From the IMG/VR virus record IMGVR_UViG_3300031841_003004, positions 1-53,364 of that record: a stretch of DNA of 53,364 nt; one strand, given 5' to 3'. This document shows positions 47,344-53,364 of this stretch, piece by piece. The first letter of the stretch is position 1. Each line of letters opens with the position of its first letter. The notes under the pieces were generated by a model. That model was given only the letters and a program-made list of their open reading frames with translations. It did no database searches and had not been told where the DNA came from. Source of the DNA: a virus (lineage: Duplodnaviria > Caudoviricetes). The position numbers and the translations under genes were made by a program.

Positions 47344-47964
47344 ATGAACATGACCTACACACTCTCTGCGGAGCAGAAGTCCTGCATCACCCTCCAAGGC
47401 CGTAAGGCCGCCAACAAGGCTCTCTGGGCCGCTGAAAAGGCCGACCGCAAAGCGGTTGCCGCGTGGGCTTCGAAGAAGCCTCGCAAGGCCAAGAAGATTG
47501 CCAACAAGCTGGACAAGCTGAAGGCCGCTTCTATCGAAGCCGTGTATGCCTCTGTGTCACAGACACACTCACGGGGCGTAGCCCTCCTTCCCACGAAGCC
47601 GCTGGACTCCAAGGTCGAGTCGGTGACTGCCAAGCGCCTCAAGCGCAAGTCCCGTAAGGGACCGAAGGACTCCAATGGCAAGTTGGAGGCCAAGGCTCAG
47701 CGGGAGTCCCTCGCCAACACACAGAAGCGTGCCGCGAAGACGGCGCCCAAGGTTGACGTGGTCTGGGACGAGGCTACCAACCGCCGTGTCGAAGTGGAGG
47801 TCGAGGTGAAGAACCCGACCAAGGCACACGCCATCCGCAAGACCTGGTGCGACTTCTCCGAAGTTCCTGCGGGGTTGGAGATGGAGGATGCAGTCCGCTG
47901 GGCTTCCCTTCAGGAGGGCTACGGCTGTGCCGCTGACGAGGTGTCCTTGGACGATTGCCTCTGA
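47344..47964 (+). CDS. First early protein, Lys/Ala-rich with acidic tail
   Basis: 206 aa, GC3-rich codons, downstream of promoter 1. Confidence 0.7.
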   Translation: MNMTYTLSAEQKSCITLQGRKAANKALWAAEKADRKAVAAWASKKPRKAKKIANKLDKLKAASIEAVYASVSQTHSRGVALLPTKPLDSKVESVTAKRLKRKSRKGPKDSNGKLEAKAQRESLANTQKRAAKTAPKVDVVWDEATNRRVEVEVEVKNPTKAHAIRKTWCDFSEVPAGLEMEDAVRWASLQEGYGCAADEVSLDDCL

Positions 47965-47976
47965 CCCACACAGACA

Positions 47977-48018
47977 AGCGCACATGGTGCTTGGGGAGGT
48001 TCGATTCCTCCCTGCGCT
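47977..48018 (+). ncRNA. tRNA-like minihelix element 1
   Basis: AGCGCA...TGCGCT acceptor-like stem stacked on a GGGAGG-TTCGATT-CCTCCC T-arm, with linker CATGGTGCTTG. Intergenic. Confidence 0.65.
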
Positions 48019-48033
48019 CAAACACACAGACAC

Positions 48034-48129
48034 ATGAACAAGCACACACAGGATGTCCTTGAGGACATCATCGACACCATCCCCTTCGTCATCGTGACGA
48101 CCTTCTTCATCCTCCTTTTCACCCTCTGA
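48034..48129 (+). CDS. Small membrane peptide (31 aa)
   Basis: MNKHTQDVLEDIIDTIPFVIVTTFFILLFTL, preceded by ACACACAGACAC. Confidence 0.6.
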   Translation: MNKHTQDVLEDIIDTIPFVIVTTFFILLFTL

Positions 48130-48140
48130 CACACAGACAC

Positions 48141-48284
48141 ATGAGAGCTAAACTTTCCCTTCGGGATTACTGCCACAAGCAGATTCGCTTCTACAAGCAT
48201 CTCCTGCAACACTCACACACAGAGGCCCAGAAGAAAATGGCCAAGGACAACATCGAATACTACACCAACCTCGCAAACACATGA
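48141..48284 (+). CDS. Small early protein (47 aa)
   Basis: MRAKLSLRDYCHKQIRFY..., preceded by ACACACAGACAC. Confidence 0.6.
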   Translation: MRAKLSLRDYCHKQIRFYKHLLQHSHTEAQKKMAKDNIEYYTNLANT

Positions 48285-48502
48285 CAGACATGACAGACAC
48301 ACGTACACTCAAGCAGGTGAATGCTCAAGAGCAACTCCACCGCCTCGTCACTTGGGACTCCATCAACGAGTTCGTCGTCCGCACCTTCGAGGACACAGAC
48401 ACACGACTCCGTGTCCTGCGGGCCTTGGAGAACTCCCCGATGGACACCGACCACATCGATTGGCGCGGCATCGTGGACTACGCCATCCGCAAGTTCCTCT
48501 GA
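48281..48502 (+). CDS. Small early protein
   Basis: ATGA overlap and GC3-rich codons. Confidence 0.65.
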   Translation: MTDMTDTRTLKQVNAQEQLHRLVTWDSINEFVVRTFEDTDTRLRVLRALENSPMDTDHIDWRGIVDYAIRKFL

Positions 48503-48531
48503 CACACACACACACACAAGATCGACCACAC

Positions 48532-48732
48532 ATGATGAAACGACTCTCCAACCGCTCCCTGAGCCTGCTCAACTTCACCTCCCTGATGGGTGTGTGTGGG
48601 TTGACCACCATCCCTCTCGGCTACTTCGGCGAATGGGCCATTGTCCTCTCGTGGCTCGTGTCCATGTGCCTGTGGATTGAGTCCGACTTCGAGCAGGGAC
48701 GGCGCGGCATTCACCCCAACGGCAATGTTTGA
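48532..48732 (+). CDS. Small membrane protein (two hydrophobic segments)
   Basis: MMKRLSNRSLSLLNFTSLMGVCGL...WAIVLSWLVSMCLW, with a CA-rich leader. Confidence 0.6.
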   Translation: MMKRLSNRSLSLLNFTSLMGVCGLTTIPLGYFGEWAIVLSWLVSMCLWIESDFEQGRRGIHPNGNV

Positions 48733-48745
48733 CAAAGACACACAC

Positions 48746-48922
48746 ATGATGATTGACATCCTGAAGGCGGCGGCCTACCTCAACGCAGAACCCCTGTTCA
48801 CCTCCCTCGGCTCGTCCGTGTTCCGCCTCCCGTGTGGCGACTGCGTGATGTACACAGACACGGAAGTGGCACAGATGGCCCGCCAGCAAGAGGCCTTCGA
48901 AGCAATCTACCCTAAAGGGTAA
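48746..48922 (+). CDS. Small early protein
   Basis: MMIDILKAAAY..., preceded by AAGACACACAC. Confidence 0.6.
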   Translation: MMIDILKAAAYLNAEPLFTSLGSSVFRLPCGDCVMYTDTEVAQMARQQEAFEAIYPKG

Positions 48923-48931
48923 GAAATTAGA

Positions 48932-48964
48932 TTTGGAAATGTGGGGTCGGTGTGCTTAACTTAG
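48932..48964 (+). promoter_or_regulatory. Early promoter 2
   Basis: TTTG-N21-TAACTTAG. Confidence 0.6.
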
Positions 48965-49014
48965 CGGTCCGATTCGGCACCAACCCAATCAAACATTCAA
49001 ACACTCACAGACAC

Positions 49015-49194
49015 ATGAAAGTCAACTTCGACATTCGAATCGCGTCACTATACGCCATCATCGGGGGATTCGTCAGCCTGTTCACCTCCTGCATCCTTGA
49101 GGTCGCCACACTTGCACAAGTGGGTGTGGTTGGCATCTTCGCAGGGGTGGCTCTGACTGCCCTCGCCATCATCATCGACACCTTCAACCTCTGA
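49015..49194 (+). CDS. Small two-helix membrane protein
   Basis: MKVNFDIRIASLYAIIGGFVSLF...VGVVGIFAGVALTALAII, preceded by CACAGACAC. Confidence 0.7.
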   Translation: MKVNFDIRIASLYAIIGGFVSLFTSCILEVATLAQVGVVGIFAGVALTALAIIIDTFNL

Positions 49195-49205
49195 TACACA
49201 CAGAC

Positions 49206-49727
49206 ATGGAATACATCAAAGCCTTCGAGTACCCTCACTTCAACCTCATTGCCGAGTGCTATGGTCGCACCCTTGCACACGGAGGTGACACCATCCTCAT
49301 GACCCCTGGGCACACACGCTACACCTACAAGTGTGGAACCCTGAACTACAACAAGATGCCGACCGACCCGTGGCGTCCGTGTCATGGCTACGCCGTGGGT
49401 GGTGTGGTCCCCGCAATCACCATCTCCATGATTGAGTTTAACGAAGGCTCCATGGAGTGGGCTACCGCACACCCACAGGTCCTGTGGAAGAAGTTCAAGC
49501 GGGCCTTCGAGCAGACTTGGCACGCCGCCTACGAACACGGATGGAAGCCTGACCACCCCCTGTGTGTTGGCACATGGGTGAATGGCGAGGACATCGTCTT
49601 CGACGTGGTCACCCTCGTGGACGACCAATCTGTGGCCACACGCCTCGGAACTGAGCGCGGTGAACTCTGCATCTACTCCATCGAAAAAGGGGAGGAAATC
49701 ACCTGCCCCGTCCCCCTGAAATCCTGA
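49206..49727 (+). CDS. Early protein, possible SAM-lyase-like fold
   Basis: GYAVGG...VGTW...VFDVV...A.RLG.ERGE.CIY..EKGEEI. Fold assignment is tentative. Confidence 0.5.
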   Translation: MEYIKAFEYPHFNLIAECYGRTLAHGGDTILMTPGHTRYTYKCGTLNYNKMPTDPWRPCHGYAVGGVVPAITISMIEFNEGSMEWATAHPQVLWKKFKRAFEQTWHAAYEHGWKPDHPLCVGTWVNGEDIVFDVVTLVDDQSVATRLGTERGELCIYSIEKGEEITCPVPLKS

Positions 49728-49739
49728 ACACACAGACAC

Positions 49740-49901
49740 ATGACAAAGCACGACTTCCTCGGCATCTGCATGGAGTGCGAAGTTGACCCGAACCTCGTGG
49801 TCGATATCGCCGAAGTGCGTGACCTGCTCAAGCGAGACAAGGACAACGCCAAGATTGAGAACCAACTCCTCCTGCATACCCTCATCCACAAACACTTCTG
49901 A
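49740..49901 (+). CDS. Small early protein (53 aa)
   Basis: MTKHDFLGICMECEVDPNLVV..., preceded by ACACACAGACAC. Confidence 0.6.
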   Translation: MTKHDFLGICMECEVDPNLVVDIAEVRDLLKRDKDNAKIENQLLLHTLIHKHF

Positions 49902-49904
49902 GAC

Positions 49905-50189
49905 ATGAATTACACAGACTACAAGCGAGACCTCGCCATCCGCATACTCCGCAAGATTGACGGGCTTGGTCAGTTCCAAAACATGGACGACCTCACCCGC
50001 ATTGACAAGACCATTGAGGCCCTCGACGAGTTCCTCCCCACAGACGACAGTGCCGCGCGTGGACACACAGAGTTCGTCGATCTGGCGTGTGTGTACGAGG
50101 TCGACGAATGCCCCAACTGCGGCAAGAAAGAAGTCCAATACAGCGACACCTACGAATTCTGCAACGAGTGCGGATACACCTTCAACTGA
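49905..50189 (+). CDS. Early protein with C-terminal zinc ribbon
   Basis: CPNCG...CNECG. Confidence 0.7.
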   Translation: MNYTDYKRDLAIRILRKIDGLGQFQNMDDLTRIDKTIEALDEFLPTDDSAARGHTEFVDLACVYEVDECPNCGKKEVQYSDTYEFCNECGYTFN

Positions 50190-50196
50190 CACAGAC

Positions 50197-50349
50197 ATGA
50201 CGAAAGACGAAATCCAAAAGGTGCAACAGGCACTCATGGTGGCAGACATGTTCTTCACGGCTGTCCCTGCATCCAAGGGTGCAGACATCAACCCGCTCGG
50301 CAAGATGCTGGGTGAAGCAATTCAAATCACACTCAAGTACACAGACTGA
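50197..50349 (+). CDS. Small early protein (50 aa)
   Basis: MTKDEIQKVQQALMVADMFF..., preceded by ACACAGAC. Confidence 0.6.
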   Translation: MTKDEIQKVQQALMVADMFFTAVPASKGADINPLGKMLGEAIQITLKYTD

Positions 50350-50513
50350 TGTACACGCTCATCGGCAAAGCCCCCGCCCGCTCCGCCCGACCAGGGTTGG
50401 AGGTCACGCTCTACACTCACACACACAGGAGTGAATGTGAACGAGCGTGGGCCTTCTTCTCCCTGCACTACGACGACCTTGAAATCATTACCCCTAAAGG
50501 GGTAGCAAAATAA
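50349..50513 (+). CDS. Small early protein (54 aa)
   Basis: TGATG-coupled; MYTLIGKAPARSARPGLEV... Confidence 0.5.
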   Translation: MYTLIGKAPARSARPGLEVTLYTHTHRSECERAWAFFSLHYDDLEIITPKGVAK

Positions 50514-50514
50514 A

Positions 50515-50546
50515 TTTGGTAGATAGGAACATTTGCCTTAACTTTG
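50515..50546 (+). promoter_or_regulatory. Early promoter 3
   Basis: TTTG-N20-TAACTTTG; near-duplicate of promoter 4. Confidence 0.75.
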
Positions 50547-50586
50547 TCCACGGCAATTCAGCCAACGACATTCAAAACTCACACCC

Positions 50587-51309
50587 ATGAATACGAACCT
50601 TCGCATCGCCCCTCACTACTTCATCATCGACTCCATCGGTGGTATGCACGAGGGCTACTCAGACACCACCTGCCGCCGCGTCGAGGACGTGGTGACCCCC
50701 GAACTCGGCAAGGCTCTTGTCGAGGAGTACATCGACCAATGGATTCACGACAAGCAGGAGTACTACTCTGGCCTGTGTGAAGAGATGGGTGTTGACGACA
50801 GGGTTGTCAAGGTCATCCACGACGAGTGCAAGTACGGCGGGTGGCACAGAGTGTGCTTCGTCCCTGACAACATCGCCCCTGACCTGCATTCTGACGATGG
50901 CGAGTGGCTCGACTTCGAGTCTGCATACACGCTCTTCATCCAAGTGTATGACGGGGTCATGCTCGGCGACGGGGTCGTGGTCTACGACCAGATGGACGAC
51001 ATGGTCCGCACCATCACACACAAGTCCACCGCCATCCGCATGGCAGAGGAGGGCATCTCCCTCGACGTGGAACGAATCAAGGCTCTCCTGTACAACAAGC
51101 CTGAACGTCACATCGACATGAGCTACCTGACTACCAATCTCATCTACTGCTACGACTGCCTCGCTGAAGTGGTGCGTGACCTTGAGTGGCCTCAGGATGT
51201 CATGGTCGACATCGACGACTCCTGCACCCACTACTTCCCTGTGCAGAACTGCAAGCGCCTCGTGTGGCTGAACGGAAGCCGCATCCAAACCGAAACCGAA
51301 TACGCATGA
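50587..51309 (+). CDS. Acidic early protein, unknown function
   Basis: 240 aa, Asp/Glu-rich, GC3-rich codons. Confidence 0.7.
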   Translation: MNTNLRIAPHYFIIDSIGGMHEGYSDTTCRRVEDVVTPELGKALVEEYIDQWIHDKQEYYSGLCEEMGVDDRVVKVIHDECKYGGWHRVCFVPDNIAPDLHSDDGEWLDFESAYTLFIQVYDGVMLGDGVVVYDQMDDMVRTITHKSTAIRMAEEGISLDVERIKALLYNKPERHIDMSYLTTNLIYCYDCLAEVVRDLEWPQDVMVDIDDSCTHYFPVQNCKRLVWLNGSRIQTETEYA

Positions 51310-51536
51310 ACAAGTACACAGAAGCGGACGTGAACCGCACACACAAAGCCTCAGTCGAGGAACTCATCGACATCTGCCTCAACAATTGGAGGGAGGTATC
51401 TGACCCGCTCGAAGCACGGACATGGTATGCCGTAGCCGCACAGCTTGAGGGCATCAGGGAGGCTGACTACTCCATGTATGACATGGAGCGGATCCTCGCA
51501 CAAGCAAACATGAACGCACAAGAACAGAACGCATGA
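51306..51536 (+). CDS. Small early protein
   Basis: MNKYTEADVNRTH..., with ATGA overlaps on both sides. Confidence 0.6.
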   Translation: MNKYTEADVNRTHKASVEELIDICLNNWREVSDPLEARTWYAVAAQLEGIREADYSMYDMERILAQANMNAQEQNA

Positions 51537-51886
51537 CAACTACTTACGAAATCTACGACTCCATCCGCAGGGAGTACTACATCCGTGACGAGGAGACTGT
51601 CCTCGACGACCTCTTCGATATGCTCGACGAGGTGGTTGACCAACGGCTCGGCGGTTGGGTCTACAACAACTTCGGCCTGAAAGCGTATGTCGGCGACCAC
51701 TGCAACGACGACACCCACCTCGGCACAGCCAAAGGTGTGCGTGAAGTCCTGGCGTGGGTGTGTGGCCCACACTTCCAAGCAGAGGGTGACAAGGAGGCAT
51801 ACCAAGACCTGCTTGAGCGCATCCAACAGGAGGAAGCAAACGGGCCAGCATGGAGTACGAGCAAGCTGGACTATCCCTCCCTGTAA
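51533..51886 (+). CDS. Acidic Ocr-like (DNA mimic) protein, putative
   Basis: 117 aa. [22 protein letters not shown] resembles the T7 gp0.3 Ocr N-terminal helices by eye. Confidence 0.5.
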   Translation: [117 protein letters not shown]

Positions 51887-51907
51887 ATCAGCAACTTAGA
51901 AAATAAA

Positions 51908-51939
51908 TTTGGTGGATACGAACATTTGATGTATCTTTG
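51908..51939 (+). promoter_or_regulatory. Early promoter 4
   Basis: TTTG-N20-TATCTTTG. Confidence 0.75.
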
Positions 51940-51966
51940 TCCACGACAATTCAAACCTCACAACAC

Positions 51967-52182
51967 ATGAAACAACCCTCATCCACCGAGGCGCACATCG
52001 CCGACCTCAACCGAGACAAGGTTCACCCTGACGTTGCCATCCACACCCACGTCTGCTTCATGAGCATGATGCGGGACTGGATTGACGAGATGGACCCGTT
52101 CACGGACTGGGAAGACTTGGGACGACAGGACCTCATGGACATCATGGAAGGCCTCATGGATATGTACGAACAGAAACTCTAA
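51967..52182 (+). CDS. Small acidic, Met-rich early protein
   Basis: Start MKQPSS after CACAACAC. Confidence 0.6.
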   Translation: MKQPSSTEAHIADLNRDKVHPDVAIHTHVCFMSMMRDWIDEMDPFTDWEDLGRQDLMDIMEGLMDMYEQKL

Positions 52183-52194
52183 ACACTCACAGAC

Positions 52195-52491
52195 ATGAAT
52201 CGCAAACTCATCGCATACCTCGACGCAGTAGAAGGCTACGTCAACTCAATCGCCCGTGACATCCGTAACAACCACGTGAACTACGCCGTGGCTATGTACG
52301 ACGAGGACGGACCCTTCACTCGTCTCATCCCCCTCCCCTCCCCGCAGACCGCAGGGACGGAGACACAGAAGCGGGACTACTCACTCATGAAAGCCCGCGA
52401 GATTGTGGAAGACATGAAGACGTGGAACCCGCACCTGAACTACGACACCTTCGGCACCCTGCCCAATGAATTTGAACAAGACCCTGCCTGA
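52195..52491 (+). CDS. Small early protein
   Basis: Preceded by CACTCACAGAC. Confidence 0.65.
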   Translation: MNRKLIAYLDAVEGYVNSIARDIRNNHVNYAVAMYDEDGPFTRLIPLPSPQTAGTETQKRDYSLMKAREIVEDMKTWNPHLNYDTFGTLPNEFEQDPA

Positions 52492-52585
52492 CGGCAAGTA
52501 CTTCAAGCAACCCGCTAACCGAGTACACAAAGACAAGTCCAAGTACACACGAAAGAAAAAGCACAAGAACAATGCTGAACGATAA
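52466..52585 (+). CDS. ArfA-like small basic peptide (39 aa), putative
   Basis: MNLNKTLPDGKYFKQPANRVHKDKSKYTRKKKHKNNAER fills the gap between two genes. Confidence 0.5.
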   Translation: MNLNKTLPDGKYFKQPANRVHKDKSKYTRKKKHKNNAER

Positions 52586-53213
52586 CACCAACACCCGCGC
52601 CTTCGCCGAATCCTTTGGCCGCGCCATCTGCCACGGCATGAACATCGTCACCTGTGACGCTCTCCTCAACCCGCAGTCCTACGGCTTCTACTACTACGCC
52701 AATGACGCGGAAGCCACCGTCATCTCACCCACGGATCCTGAGGGTGCGTACTCGTACTGGGCTGGCGAACTGCGCGAGGCACAGGCTCTTGCCGAGCGGT
52801 ACGGCCAAGACCCCGCCACCTACGGCATCATGATGACCTACAACCACGGACGTGGGTGCATCTACCTGAACCTGGTCCGTGTCGAGTACATGAAGAGCCG
52901 CGCCTTGGACATGGCAGAGAACGATGGGGTGCAATGCCCGCACATCATCACGGAGTTCGGACGCAACCAACCGAACAGGCGCATCTCCCTCGACGAGGAG
53001 GGTCGTACCCCATACCCACAGGATGAGGCGGGGCGTGCATTGGAAGATGCAGGGCGCAACCGAGAAGACGTGGAGGACGCGGCAATTCTGTTCCGAGACC
53101 TCGGCTTCACCTCCGAGAAGGGGACGAACCCTAAGGGTATCGACCTCGAAAAGAAGTTCAGCAATCTTGCTGAGCAGGACTCGCAATGTGACGAGTTCGA
53201 CGAGTGGGAGTGA
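52572..53213 (+). CDS. Acidic early protein, unknown function
   Basis: 213 aa, GC3-rich codons. Confidence 0.7.
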   Translation: MLNDNTNTRAFAESFGRAICHGMNIVTCDALLNPQSYGFYYYANDAEATVISPTDPEGAYSYWAGELREAQALAERYGQDPATYGIMMTYNHGRGCIYLNLVRVEYMKSRALDMAENDGVQCPHIITEFGRNQPNRRISLDEEGRTPYPQDEAGRALEDAGRNREDVEDAAILFRDLGFTSEKGTNPKGIDLEKKFSNLAEQDSQCDEFDEWE

Positions 53214-53224
53214 CACCCCACACA

Positions 53225-53287
53225 TGATGCGAATGGTTGACCCCTGTGTGTCTGGGGGGTCGGAGGGTTCGAGTCCCTCCCGCATCA
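53225..53287 (+). ncRNA. tRNA-like element 2 (no D-stem)
   Basis: TGATGCG...CGCATCA acceptor stem, AATGGTT linker, GACCCC...GGGGTC hairpin and GGAGGG-TTCGAGT-CCCTCC T-arm. Confidence 0.7.
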
Positions 53288-53291
53288 CACC

Positions 53292-53352
53292 TGTTGCCTA
53301 CGTGTCAGAAAGAGGGGCAACACTCATCGGAGGCTGACACCTCATGGATGAG
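53292..53352 (+). ncRNA. Two adjacent hairpins with complementary (kissing) loops
   Basis: Stem TGTTGCC/GGCAACA encloses GTGTCAG. Stems CTCATC/GATGAG and GAGG/CCTC enclose CTGACA. Confidence 0.55.
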
Positions 53353-53364
53353 CGGCGTGAGAGG

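Noticed and set aside
48502-48518. (AC)n microsatellite as a phase-variation tract or eukaryotic contamination
   Set aside because: Intergenic and best explained as an expanded copy of the CA-rich leader.
47961-50200. ACACAGACAC repeats as a CRISPR array
   Set aside because: The repeats are only ~10-15 nt, irregularly spaced and separated by whole ORFs. No cas genes are present.
49005-50303. 432-aa minus-strand ORF across the early region
   Set aside because: Shadow of several GC3-rich plus-strand genes, each with its own leader motif.
53288-53364. Theta/HDV-like or hammerhead ribozyme after the tRNA-like element
   Set aside because: There is no room for P3/L3 between the pairing segments and no CUGAnGA/GAAA core. 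Kept only as an unclassified kissing-loop RNA.

Overview
A 53-kb segment of a dsDNA tailed bacteriophage of Bacteroidota, probably marine Flavobacteriales. Host inference rests on TTTG/TAnnTTTG promoters, absence of Shine-Dalgarno sites and a T9SS type-B sorting domain. The virion gene order is podovirus-like and resembles crAss-related phages. Positions 1-46.6 kb are one minus-strand late/virion module. It holds small basic proteins, a holin-like protein, an M15 peptidase endolysin, a GroES-like protein, tRNA-Ile(UAU), tRNA-Arg(UCU), the large terminase, portal, fibre/spike proteins, scaffold, major capsid, two ring proteins, a 1560-aa stabilization protein and three probable ejection proteins. 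The last of these is a >2700-aa polyvalent protein that runs off the left edge and is missing from the ORF track. After a ~0.7-kb non-coding strand switch, the plus strand carries a GC-richer early region of small genes driven by four host-type promoters. Most unusual: two D-arm-less tRNA-like minihelix elements, the second followed by a kissing-loop RNA; an ACACAGAC(AC)ATG leader before most early genes; about 13 late -7 boxes, about half close enough to the ATG to imply leaderless mRNA; an Ocr-like protein; an ArfA-like peptide; and a YxxGG motif shared by many small virion-module proteins. All family calls come from motif recognition by eye; no searches were run.
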